This document shows positions 1-9,070 of a DNA stretch of 64,000 nt, piece after piece. This stretch comes from Dehalococcoidia bacterium. Lineage in GTDB: Bacteria; Chloroflexota; Dehalococcoidia; SpSt-223. The position numbers and the translations under genes were made by a program. The stretch spans positions 175,148 through 239,147 of the forward strand of contig BPIC01000003.1 in assembly GCA_026003895.1 (NCBI GenBank), in the 5' to 3' direction. The notes under the pieces are model-generated. The model made no database searches. It was not told where the DNA came from and saw only the letters and a list, made by a program, of their open reading frames with translations. How positions within the stretch are numbered: position 1 is the stretch's first letter; every line of letters begins with the position of its first letter.

Positions 1-347
1 TCTCGCTCCTCTTCCCGTGGCTCGAGTTGTTTCTGGGGCTGATGCTGATCACGGGCATGTTCACTCGCGCCGCTGCCTGGGCAGCCATCGGCCTCTTGCT
101 CCTGTTTTGCGTGCTCATCGCTCAGGCGCTGATCCGCGGGCTGTCGCTCGAAGACTGCGGCTGCTTCGGCGGCATCACCGAGGCCGTGCCGATGCTCACC
201 GTCGTCCTTGGCGGAACGTCACTTGGCTGGCACGACGTCGTCCGTGATCTGATCTACGCCCTCATCGCGCTGCCGGTGGCGCTGCGCGGCCGCACCGCCC
301 TTTCCGTCGATATATGGCGTGACGCGCAGACCGCTGGAGAGGGGTGA
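1..347 (+). CDS. MauE/DoxX-family integral membrane protein, C-terminal part (5' end upstream of window)
   Basis: The frame is open from nt 3 (SLLFPWLELFLGLMLITGMF...). Hydrophobic helices flank LEDCGCFGG, and the stop is TGA 345-347. The listed ORF 27..347 is only the part after an internal TTG. Confidence 0.55.
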   Translation, partial: SLLFPWLELFLGLMLITGMFTRAAAWAAIGLLLLFCVLIAQALIRGLSLEDCGCFGGITEAVPMLTVVLGGTSLGWHDVVRDLIYALIALPVALRGRTALSVDIWRDAQTAGEG

Positions 348-529
348 CCAACCTGCCCTCTGCCACGAGGGCGTTCGCCACCTGCGGCGAGCGCGGCCCA
401 TCGGACGGTCTCTTCCCCCAGCACGTGCATGCGCGAGCCGATTGAATTGACGCTCTTCCGCTCGCTCGCTATCCTCAGCTCGCCCGGAAGGGAGGCGCCA
501 TTCGTCCCGTTATCGCCCTGCTCATCCTG

Positions 530-1219
530 ATGGCCACAGCGGGCTGCACCCCGGCGGCGCGTCAGCCGATCGCAACTCTTCAGGCGACCGCCGCGGAACT
601 GGCGCGCGACCGCGCTGAAACGATGGCGGACCAGCTTGATGCCGCCCACCGCTACGCTAACAGCGTCGACAACCCTGACCTGCGCGATGCGGTCAATGCC
701 CTTGCTGCCGCGTGGCAGCGGCCCGATAGCCCCGGCGGCGTGCAGGTGCTGATCGAGCCAGTCCGCAACACCGAAGTCGCGCTCAATTTGAACGCACCGG
801 GACGCACCGTTAGACTGATCCCGACCGTCGATGGGGGGCGCGTCCGCTACCTCCTCCGGGTCGATACTCCCCGCTACCACGCCGAACTGCACGGTCCGGG
901 AGAATTGGCGCTCCACCTCTACGCTGCGGCGCTGATGCGCGACTGGTACGAAGTGAACCGTAGCAAGGGGCTGGACGGGCCGGCGCTTGTCGATGCGCTG
1001 GTCGCCGAGCCAGACGGGCTGATGGCCGCCTATTACCCCGCTTGGGAGACCGTGATCGACAAAGGGTATCGCCCCTTGCGCGCCGCCGACCGGTTGCCCG
1101 CGATTCCCCGGCTCGACGCCCTAGCCGAGGCGCGCGCCAGTTGCGCCCGCGCCGCCGACCGTGCCGCCTGCTGGCGGGCTGCTGTGCGTGGCTATCTCGG
1201 CTTGGTCGTTCGCCAATAG
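530..1219 (+). CDS. hypothetical protein, probable lipoprotein
   Basis: 229-codon ORF with no recognisable domain. The in-frame upstream extension (open from 446) reads RPVIALLILMATAGC, a lipoprotein-like signal peptide behind AAGGGAGG (488-495). The true start may lie upstream of ATG 530. Confidence 0.5.
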   Translation: MATAGCTPAARQPIATLQATAAELARDRAETMADQLDAAHRYANSVDNPDLRDAVNALAAAWQRPDSPGGVQVLIEPVRNTEVALNLNAPGRTVRLIPTVDGGRVRYLLRVDTPRYHAELHGPGELALHLYAAALMRDWYEVNRSKGLDGPALVDALVAEPDGLMAAYYPAWETVIDKGYRPLRAADRLPAIPRLDALAEARASCARAADRAACWRAAVRGYLGLVVRQ

Positions 1220-1597
1220 CCATCCGCAAGCATCTGGTCTCACGAGGGGGAACGGCCCGAAGGGCCGCGCCCAACGGCACGCAGGGGAAAGGCTCAATCG
1301 TCGCCTGCACGGGTTCCTTGGCCGAGTCACCGTTCCAGACTGGGAATGCGGGATCGGCTCGCACGCAGCGCCCGAGATGGTGCGTGTCCAGCTCCGTCGG
1401 CACAGCGGTTCCGCGATCGCCAACGGCACGGTCTCCCGAGGCGGGCGCAGCGCGAAAAATGGCGGTCCCCATCGCCCAATCCGATGCTTCGCCAGCCGAT
1501 CGCCCCGTCGTTTGCCAGCAACAGGGGCCCCGAGGCCGACCGATTTCTTGTCGGGGCCTAGAGCGGCTGCTAGACTGCGCCCGAACATTCCGCCCCC

Positions 1598-1819
1598 ATG
1601 GAACCTGGTGTGACGACTCCCACCCCGGCGACGCCGCGGCCGGTCGTGCCCGTCCGGCGCGGCATCTCGGTCGGCGACGGCTTTCGCTTCGGCTGCGGCT
1701 TCATCATCTCGCAGGTGGTCTTCGTGCTGCTCTGCATTATGGCCACATTGCTGACGCTGCTCGTGCTTCAAGCGCTCGGGCTGCTGCCGAACGTGAGCGC
1801 CTTGGTCCCGCCCGCGTAG
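1598..1819 (+). CDS. small hypothetical membrane protein (73 aa)
   Basis: Pro/Thr-rich N-terminus followed by one long hydrophobic helix (FIISQVVFVLLCIMATLLTLLVLQALGLL), with G/C-rich third codon positions. No clear SD sequence. Confidence 0.35.
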   Translation: MEPGVTTPTPATPRPVVPVRRGISVGDGFRFGCGFIISQVVFVLLCIMATLLTLLVLQALGLLPNVSALVPPA

Positions 1820-1823
1820 CCAC

Positions 1824-2969
1824 TTAGCCAACAAGCAAATACCACGCGTTGATCTGGCCGGCGAGGGCCGCCACCTCGCGCGCGAGAAGGAGCAGGTTCG
1901 GCCCGCCGCTCGGCACGACGTGGGCAAACAGTTGGTACTCGCGAAAGTGCGCCCGTTCACCGAGCGCGGCGGCCAACCGCCGCGATTCACTGACCGGTAC
2001 AAACGGATCGTTGACGTCGTGCATGATGAAGACCGGCGCGCGGATTGCCCCGACGCGCTCGAGCGGAGAGAGGCGATGGAGCCGCGCGAGGGCCTCGACG
2101 GGCAGGTCGCCAATCAGCGAATCGACCGTCGCTGGATCGCGCTCCTCGATGAGCCGCTGGACGAGCTGTCCTGCCGGCGACTGCCGGCCACTCTCGACCG
2201 GGATCGGATCAGCGGAGAGATAGGCCGCCTCGAGGGCATCGCGATCGGACGGCACGGGAACGGCATCGATCAGTTGGCGGCGGTAGGCGACGATGGCCAG
2301 ATCGCTTGGCTGCCAGGTCGGCCGGCCCGGCTCGAGTGTCGTAGCAGACCCGATCTGGCGCAACACATCGCGAGCGTCGGCGAAGCCACCAACGGTCTGG
2401 ACGAAGGCGACGTCCGGCGCGATCCGCTCGTCAGCTGCCGCCAAGAGCGCCAGCCCGCCGCCGACCGACAGGCCGAGGAAGCCGACGCGCCCCGGATCGA
2501 CCTCCGGTTGGCGACGAAGCGCCTCGAACGCGCCGACAAGCACATCGACCTCCTCCGGAACGATGTGGCCAGCGCGAAGCCGCGGAGATTCCGGCACGAG
2601 GACGACAAGGCCGGTGCGTGCCAGTCCGTCACCCAGCCGCCGGACAGCCGGATCGTCCAGCGGCGCGGGGTAGACCCCGAGCACCACGATAACCGCCGGC
2701 GACCGCCGCGCCAAGGCCGGAAGGTAAAGATCGCCGCGCTCGCTTTCGCCCCGCACCGTCCAGTTGAACGAACGCGCCGAGGGCGGTAGTGTCCAGCTGG
2801 TCGACGGCCGCAACGGCTGGAAGACAAGCACATCGGGCAGGAGAAGCGCAGTCCGCCCCGCCGCGAGCAGCGCCCGCGGCCCAACGCTGAAGCCCCACAG
2901 AAGGAGCGCGAGGCCGAGCGCGGCGCCCACGAGCGCAAGGCGGCGAGCGCAGCGCGATGAGGGAGACAT
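1824..2969 (-). CDS. alpha/beta hydrolase (dienelactone hydrolase / prolyl oligopeptidase-like)
   Basis: 381-aa ORF with an N-terminal signal/anchor (RLALVGAALGLALLLWG), a nucleophile elbow GLSVGG (G-x-S-x-G), and a C-terminal IMHDVNDPFVP...FAHVV region supplying Asp/His. Confidence 0.8.
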   Translation of the reverse strand: MSPSSRCARRLALVGAALGLALLLWGFSVGPRALLAAGRTALLLPDVLVFQPLRPSTSWTLPPSARSFNWTVRGESERGDLYLPALARRSPAVIVVLGVYPAPLDDPAVRRLGDGLARTGLVVLVPESPRLRAGHIVPEEVDVLVGAFEALRRQPEVDPGRVGFLGLSVGGGLALLAAADERIAPDVAFVQTVGGFADARDVLRQIGSATTLEPGRPTWQPSDLAIVAYRRQLIDAVPVPSDRDALEAAYLSADPIPVESGRQSPAGQLVQRLIEERDPATVDSLIGDLPVEALARLHRLSPLERVGAIRAPVFIMHDVNDPFVPVSESRRLAAALGERAHFREYQLFAHVVPSGGPNLLLLAREVAALAGQINAWYLLVG

Positions 2970-3223
2970 CCCAAGATTCTATTCGGCACTGGGCAACGGC
3001 ACGCCGGAACGTCGCCTCGCTGTTCCGAAGCTGTTCAGGGGAGCGGGCCTCGCTCGCCTCGCCAGCGGCATCGATCGGTGCGCGATGGTGCAAACCATGC
3101 AGCCGGGGTTACCCGCTGAGTCGGCGGACACGGAATCGACCGGACTTCGGCCTGAGCCTTTCCGCGTGCCGCCGGTCATCCGGCTAGGCGTCCCGTGGAG
3201 AGGAGAAAGGCAGCCGTGCTGCG

Positions 3224-3916
3224 TCAGGACGAATCGTTGGCCCGCTTGACGGCGCGCGCCCGGCTCTGTTGGATCGCGTAGCCAAGCGAGATCGCGCCGC
3301 CGACTGCGAGACCCGCGATCCAGGCGGCGGGCCCGTACTGCTCGGCGGCTGCGCCGAACAGATTGAGCAAGATCCACTGAGGCAGCCGCCCCACCACCAC
3401 GCCGATCAGGATCGCCCGGACCGGGGCGATGGTGAACCCAGCCGCGTAGTAGAGCGCATCACCGAGTGGCGGCAAGAAGACCGCGACCCAGACGACCGGT
3501 GAGCGCGCCGCGCCGACTCGGTCGATCGCGGCGAGGGCCGCGCCGTTCGCAAAGCGGCCAACAATCGGCCGGCCGAGCTTGCGGGCTAGGAAGATGGCCG
3601 CCGTCGCCCCGAGCGTCCCGCTGACGATGGTGAGCGCCAACCCGCCCCAAAACCCATACACATAGGCCGCCACGTAGGCGACCACCGAGTTTGGGATCGG
3701 CGCGATGACGATCTGGATGACGGAGAGCACAACTACAGCGAGGGGTCCAAGCGGGCCGAGGGCCAGCACCCAAGCGCGGAGCGCCTCAAGGTCGTCGCTC
3801 AGCCAGGCGAGCGAGCTGCGGAAGAGATAGGTGACGACCGCGCCACCGGCGAGCATCACGATGATGGCGGCCGGGAGCAGCAGATCAGCCCGGGCCAATC
3901 GGCGCACGAGGGGCAT
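3224..3916 (-). CDS. TVP38/TMEM64 (DedA-related) family membrane protein
   Basis: Multi-pass protein with the conserved block VIAPIPNSVVAYVAAYVYGFWGG...ATAAIFLARKLGRP. I moved the start to ATG 3914-3916 (MPLVRRLARADLLL), which is preceded by GGAG. The longer listed ORF to 4084 only adds an Arg-rich leader. Confidence 0.8.
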   Translation of the reverse strand: MPLVRRLARADLLLPAAIIVMLAGGAVVTYLFRSSLAWLSDDLEALRAWVLALGPLGPLAVVVLSVIQIVIAPIPNSVVAYVAAYVYGFWGGLALTIVSGTLGATAAIFLARKLGRPIVGRFANGAALAAIDRVGAARSPVVWVAVFLPPLGDALYYAAGFTIAPVRAILIGVVVGRLPQWILLNLFGAAAEQYGPAAWIAGLAVGGAISLGYAIQQSRARAVKRANDSS

Positions 3917-4094
3917 ACGGAGCTCCGAGTTCTGCCGCAACCGGCGGCCACAAGATTCGTTGTACATCGTTTGGAGTGATGGTCTCCTTCTGGTCGCTAT
4001 GGTAAGGTAGGCCCGCCCGCGGCCGGAAGAATGTCCGGCGAATCGCGCCTCGCCAGGCGCCTCTCGTGCCGGCTGGGCGGTCAAGGAGTGCCCG

Positions 4095-5808
4095 ATGCGT
4101 CATTGGTTGCGTCTCTTGCCGATCCTCCTGCTTGCCCTTCCGCTTGCTGGTCTGCCGCAGCCCAGTGCCCAAGCGCAAGCGCCGCTCGACTACCCCATCC
4201 CAGGGGGGCATTTCTACACCCAGGCCGATGGCACGGCCGGCGCCAGCGGACTCGGCTTTGCGGTGAGCGACGCCGACGGCATTCCCTTCCTCACCTATTA
4301 CACCCAGACGGGCGGCCCAAACGAGTGGGGCTACCCGGTGAGCCACCGCTTCATCTACCAAGGGTTCACCGTCCAGATCTTCCAGAAGGCTGGCTTTCAG
4401 TGGAACCCCGCGGCCGGCGGCGTTGCCTTCCTGAACATCTTCGATATCCTCCACGATGAAGGCTACGACGCGCAGCTTCAGCAGCAATACAGTGTTCCGC
4501 CGCCGGCCGCTTGGCCGCAGGACGCCGGCCAGCCGTTCTCTGTCGTTCAACAGAATCACCTCGCGGTGCTGAGCGCCAACCCGGCGATCCAGCAAGCCTT
4601 TCTCTCGAACCCGAACTGGCTGAACATCAATGGCCTGCCAATGGCGCCGATCGCCACCTACGGCAATGTCGCGGTCCTACGCGCCCAACGCTCCGTCTAC
4701 CAGCAGTGGCTGCAAGCCGTGCCATGGGCGGCGGCCGGCCAAGTGACGGTCGCCAACGGCGGCGACGTCGCTAAATCGCTTGGCCTGTGGCCGTCGTGGG
4801 CGGTGACCCCGCTTGCCGCGCAGCAAGCGCCGCTCTCAGCGATGACCGGGCCACTTGGTCCTCAGCCGACCGCCACGCCCAACCTCGCGGTGTGCAACGG
4901 CGATGAGCGGATCTCGTTCAACCCCGCCAACCCCAACCCGGGCCAGCAGGTTTCCATCCAAGTTACCTCGGCGCGCGCCTCGACCAATGTCAACCTTGTC
5001 GGACCGAATAACCCGGTCTTCCAAGGCGCTGGCGCGGGTGGACTCGGCACAGTGTGGAACTGGACGGTAACTGCCGGTCAGCCGGGCTCCTACGAATACG
5101 ACTTCTACATTGGGAGCACCCCCTGCGTGCGGGGCTTCTTGAACGTCGGCAGCGCCCCCGCGCCAACCGCGACGCCGACCGCCTGCAACGGCGATGAGGT
5201 GATGACCTTCAACCCACCGAACCCGAATGTGGGCCAGCAGTTCAGCATCGAAGTGACCTCGGCCCGCGCCTCGACCAACGTTGGCTTGAATGGCCCCTTC
5301 AACCCGAGTTTTGCTGGGGCAGCCGGCGGCGGACGCGGGACGATCTGGACGTGGAACGCCGTCCCGAACCAGCCGGGCTCTTTCACCTACACGTTCACGA
5401 TCAACGGGGGTGACCTGCGCGACTGGCACGATCGGCGTCAATCAGCCGGCCGTGCCAACCAATACACCAGTTCCACCGCCGCCCCAGGCGTGCACCGGCC
5501 AAGAGCGAATGAACTTCTTCCCGAACCCCGCCCAAGTTGGGCAGCCGGTGACGGTGAACGTCTCGAACGCCGCTCGCGGCATCACGCCGCAACTATCTGG
5601 CCCGTTCAACCCGGTCTACGAAGGGCCCGGGCCGGGCGGTACGGACTATTCGTGGCGGCTGACGCCGACCAACCCCGGGCAGGGCATCCAGTTCCGCTAC
5701 GTCGTGAACGAGATCCCCTGCACCACTGGCTTTCTCAATGTGAGCGGTCCCCCACCGAGCGCCCCCACGCCGACTCCTGATCCCGGCGGGCAGGGAATCG
5801 GCCGCTAG
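4095..5808 (+). CDS. secreted protein with three tandem ~97-aa Cys-pair repeats; as assembled, broken by a +1 frameshift at G5 run 5406-5410
   Basis: Signal peptide MRHWLRLLPILLLALPLAGLPQPSAQA. Repeats 1 and 2 are in the frame of ORF 4095..5780. Repeat 3 (QACTGQERMNFFPNP...CTTGFLNVSG) continues in the frame of ORF 5290..5808. Removing one G gives ...FTINGVTCATGTIGVNQ.... The N-terminal domain shares a GG..(W/F)G.P(V/L)(S/T)...VQ.FQ(K/R)A module with the 59201 protein. Confidence 0.7.
4875..5748 (+). repeat. three tandem in-gene repeats (period ~291-307 nt) encoding Ig-like modules
   Basis: The unit C(N/T)G(D/Q)E...F(N/F)P.NP..GQ...(I/V).V(T/S)(S/N)A...GP(N/F)NP.(F/Y).G...GG......W......PG...(Y/F).(F/Y)....C..GF(L)NV occurs three times. 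The first Cys codons are at 4893, 5184 and 5491. Confidence 0.75.
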
Positions 5809-5832
5809 CGCCGGGGCACGAGCGCACGCCTT

Positions 5833-5858
5833 CCCCCTTCTCCTGCAGGAGAAGGGGG
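5833..5858. terminator. bidirectional terminator hairpin between convergent genes
   Basis: Perfect 11-bp stem CCCCCTTCTCC / GGAGAAGGGGG with loop TGCA, lying between stop 5808 (+) and stop 5867 (-). There is no long T-tract. Confidence 0.55.
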
Positions 5859-5866
5859 ATATGTGT

Positions 5867-6460
5867 TTAGCGGCGTGGTGTCAAAACACGAGCGCGGTCG
5901 GCGGCGGAGAGCCTCGGAACGAGTGTGATGCCGGTCCGCTCGACGATGTCGAGCTTGTCGATGTCGGGGCCGTGCGCCTCGCCGCGTATCTTCTGGTCCG
6001 GCTGAAGGCTGCGCGTGGTCTCATGACGCAGGATGACGACGACGTTCGTCCGATCCACCAACGCAAACGGGAACTCGTGCCACGTTCCCAGCTTCATGGT
6101 GAAGCCCGCCGACCCGTCGAAGAGGAAGGCCCGCACCAATTCGAGATCCGGCGCCTCGGCGTCGTTGGGCGGCGCAAGAACGACCAGCATCGGCTTTCCG
6201 TCCAGCGGAATGAACGTCTGCGTGTGCTTGTAGTGGCGCTCCATGAAGCGCACCGTGAGCGGTCGGCGGTCGATCGCGGAGACGACGAGTTCGGTGTCTT
6301 CATCGGAACGAAACTGCACCGGGGCGTAGGTGCGGACCGCGCCATCATAGAAGGCGCTTGGTGTTCCGCTCGCCGGCGGCCCTGCCCCGAGAATTTCGCC
6401 GAAGGGAGCGACGCGCTCCGGCGTCGCCAGCTCAACCGGAATCTCGCGGACCGTCGCCAT
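5867..6460 (-). CDS. ureidoglycolate lyase (AllA) family protein
   Basis: FMERHYKHTQTFIPLDGKPMLVVLA...LVRAFLFDGSAGFTMKLGTWHEFPFAL aligns by eye with E. coli AllA [25 protein letters not shown]...[25 protein letters not shown]. Confidence 0.8.
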   Translation of the reverse strand: MATVREIPVELATPERVAPFGEILGAGPPASGTPSAFYDGAVRTYAPVQFRSDEDTELVVSAIDRRPLTVRFMERHYKHTQTFIPLDGKPMLVVLAPPNDAEAPDLELVRAFLFDGSAGFTMKLGTWHEFPFALVDRTNVVVILRHETTRSLQPDQKIRGEAHGPDIDKLDIVERTGITLVPRLSAADRARVLTPRR

Positions 6461-6496
6461 ACGCCCTCCTCGAGAGAAACAGTGTAGCGCGGCGCT

Positions 6497-9004
6497 TTAG
6501 CGGAGGGGGATGGCGGCCTCGGCAAGGCGCAGCGTCCAACCTTCGATGGGCGTGCCTGCCGTCTGGAGATGGCTGGCCAAATACGCCAACCGCCCCGTCT
6601 CCGGCCCCGCCGTCCGGAAGCGGTCCCGCAGGTAGTAGGGCGGGATGCTCTGATAGTGCAGCACCACCCGCACGCTCCCCGCTTGCGCCGCCACCTCACG
6701 CGGCACCACATACACCACCTCGTCGCTGCCGCTCCCATCGAAGTAGCGCTCGTCCCCAAACACCTCCTCGGGCTGCATGAACTCCGTCCCGGGCGTGTCG
6801 TTCTTCCACCCCTTCGGCAACAGCCGGTTGTCCTTCACGTTGTAGAACCGCGCCAGAAAGCTCGTGGTCAAGCGGAACTGGTCATCCAGCGTCCGCTCTT
6901 CGTAGATCTGGACGTGGTCTTGCTGGGTGATGCGCTGGTAGTGCGGCTGCCACGTGTCGGTGGCAAACTCGGTGGCGAGAGGAGCGCCGTCCGGACCAGT
7001 GATGACGCCGAGGGCGTTGGGCCGGCCACTCGCCCAGAGGACGCGCCCGCTGGCATCGAGGACGGTGAACTCGAGCCACGCGCGGCGAAAACCGACGCCG
7101 CTGGGAAGCTTGTGGCCCGCGAGGTTGGTCACGCGGACCGTCGTCTCGAGGCCGGCGTCGGTGAGACGCGTCCCAACGATCTCCAGCCGGGCACTCCCCG
7201 TCCGCGCAAGCTCGAGGCTCGACTCGGCAGCAGTCATCAGCGCGAGCGCGGTGTTGCGCGGCAACATCGTGTCGTCATTGGTCTCGATCCCGAGCAGGCC
7301 GCGGAACTGCTGGAACATCTGCATGACGAAGAGGTTGATACCAACGAGGGTGTGACGCGAGAACGGCTCGCGCTCCGTCAGAGTGATGAGCGGGTCTGGG
7401 GCGCGATTGTCGACTGCCGGGTAAAGGTTGTCCTCGATATTGGCGATCTTGGTGCGGAGCCGTTTGCCGTTGAAGGTCTGGGGCATGTGGCAACCTTGGC
7501 AGGTCTGGGCGGTCTTCGGGTCGATCGGCTCGATTTCATTCTGGTAGGCGCTGTTGCGCCATTCGAGGTAGGTCGCCTGCTCGACTTCGTATTCGATGGT
7601 CGGGTCGGTGGTGGGGTCGCCTTGGTAGCCCGTCGGCACTTTCGGCAGGATGACGGTGTGGCAGGAGCCGCAGAGAGCACTCGACGAGATCTGGCTCCCA
7701 AACTTCGGCGTGATGCCGAGCGCCTGCTCCATCGGGTACGTGATCACCTTCTCGTAGGGACCGTAGATCTCGGTCGGCGGGCCGACGTTGAAGTTGCCAC
7801 TGAAGCTTGCCTCGGACCCTAACCCTTCGGGCGTGACGTGGTGACAGACGGCGCAGGACACGCCGTCGCGGGCGAGTGCGCCGTAGATGGCGTTCGGACC
7901 GCTGGTGGCATAGACCATCTCATGCTGGAATGGCCCCTTGCCGTCGAGGTGGATCTGGCGCTGGCCCATCGCGCCGTGGCAGCGGTAGCAGAGGTTTTGG
8001 GTGAAGGCCGAGACCCCGGGGCGGTAGGTCGTCGTTTCGGCTTCGAGCTGGGCGTGGAAGACTGGGTCGCGCCCAGAGAGGCCCATCAGCGAGGCGCTCC
8101 ATTCGCCGTAGGGGGAAAGATTGCGTGCGCGACCGTCTGGACCCTGCACCTGCATGTTCGGCACGAGGTTGTCGAGAAGGTCGGTGGCATCGTGGCAGCC
8201 GAAGCACTGGTCGCTCGTGAGAAACTGACGGGGTCCGTTGGGCCCGGCAGGAACGTGGTCGAGGATATTCGGCGGCAAGGCGAGCGGATCGCGCGGCGGC
8301 ATCAGCCCGAAGAGGTCCAAGAACTGGCGATCGGGCTGCTGGAGCGGCGTGATCAGCATCCCGGCGAGATAGTCCTTGTCCATTCGATTCGGATGACGGC
8401 GATAGACGATCGTCGTGGTGTCTGCTGGGGTGTACCGATTGCCCGGACCTTCGATGTTGGCGAGGCTGGCGAAGGTGACCTCGCGGTCGTCGGCCGAGGC
8501 ATGGCAGGAGAGGCAGAAGTTGTATCCGAACTTGGCGGTCGGAGCCGTGGGATCGTCGAAGAAGTCGATGAGCCAGAACCAGCCGTCCCACGAACCGTCG
8601 CGCTGCTTCAGGATGGCGGTGTAGCCGATGAGTGTATCGCCCTGCGCCGGGTCAGCGGGGTATTGCTCCTTGACGATGATCGCGCCGTCGGGGATCTCGC
8701 CCTGCCGATTGTTCTTCAGCCACGCATACACCTCGGGCGAGTAGTAGAGGCGAACTCGGCCATGAGTCTCGAAGTCGAGTCCATCAACGACGGGGCCGGT
8801 CTGGCGGATGCGCTGGTCGCGCGGCCAGCTCCGATGGCAGCCAGCGTGGAGGAAGGCGGTGAAGCGCTCCTTGTCGGCGCCTGGCGGGTCGCACAGGTTC
8901 GGCGCGGCGCCAGTCGGTGGCGCGATGAGGAGTGCTCCGAGCGCCGCCGCCGCCATTGCAAGCGCCACAAGGGCGCCGATGCCGGTCAGCCGCGCTCCAA
9001 TCAT
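6497..9004 (-). CDS. multiheme c-type cytochrome (6 CXXCH), secreted, with cytochrome P460-like N-terminal region
   Basis: Signal peptide MIGARLTGIGALVALAMAAAALGALLIAPPTGA. Heme motifs are CLSCH, CFGCH, CYRCH, CAVCH, CGSCH and CQGCH. The start follows AAGGAG. Confidence 0.8.
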   Translation of the reverse strand: MIGARLTGIGALVALAMAAAALGALLIAPPTGAAPNLCDPPGADKERFTAFLHAGCHRSWPRDQRIRQTGPVVDGLDFETHGRVRLYYSPEVYAWLKNNRQGEIPDGAIIVKEQYPADPAQGDTLIGYTAILKQRDGSWDGWFWLIDFFDDPTAPTAKFGYNFCLSCHASADDREVTFASLANIEGPGNRYTPADTTTIVYRRHPNRMDKDYLAGMLITPLQQPDRQFLDLFGLMPPRDPLALPPNILDHVPAGPNGPRQFLTSDQCFGCHDATDLLDNLVPNMQVQGPDGRARNLSPYGEWSASLMGLSGRDPVFHAQLEAETTTYRPGVSAFTQNLCYRCHGAMGQRQIHLDGKGPFQHEMVYATSGPNAIYGALARDGVSCAVCHHVTPEGLGSEASFSGNFNVGPPTEIYGPYEKVITYPMEQALGITPKFGSQISSSALCGSCHTVILPKVPTGYQGDPTTDPTIEYEVEQATYLEWRNSAYQNEIEPIDPKTAQTCQGCHMPQTFNGKRLRTKIANIEDNLYPAVDNRAPDPLITLTEREPFSRHTLVGINLFVMQMFQQFRGLLGIETNDDTMLPRNTALALMTAAESSLELARTGSARLEIVGTRLTDAGLETTVRVTNLAGHKLPSGVGFRRAWLEFTVLDASGRVLWASGRPNALGVITGPDGAPLATEFATDTWQPHYQRITQQDHVQIYEERTLDDQFRLTTSFLARFYNVKDNRLLPKGWKNDTPGTEFMQPEEVFGDERYFDGSGSDEVVYVVPREVAAQAGSVRVVLHYQSIPPYYLRDRFRTAGPETGRLAYLASHLQTAGTPIEGWTLRLAEAAIPLR

Positions 9005-9070
9005 GGCGCTCCTTTCGCGCGCTGACCATAGGCGCTGATTGAACCACTGTCAACCGGGCCGCCGCGAACG

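Noticed and set aside
1220-1597. 378-nt gap containing small hairpins (for example GGCCC-GAA-GGGCC near 1253-1265, and GGCCCCGA...TCGGGGCC near 1534-1566) as a possible RNA element
   Set aside because: There are no promoter or terminator boundaries and no recognisable motif. The stems are short or have long loops, and overlapping ORFs there are Arg-rich shadows. The evidence is too weak to report as a feature.
6569-9025. Two long plus-strand ORFs (417 and 395 aa)
   Set aside because: Both lie antisense to the six-CXXCH cytochrome gene. They have no heme or other motifs and an Arg/Gly/Val-rich composition.
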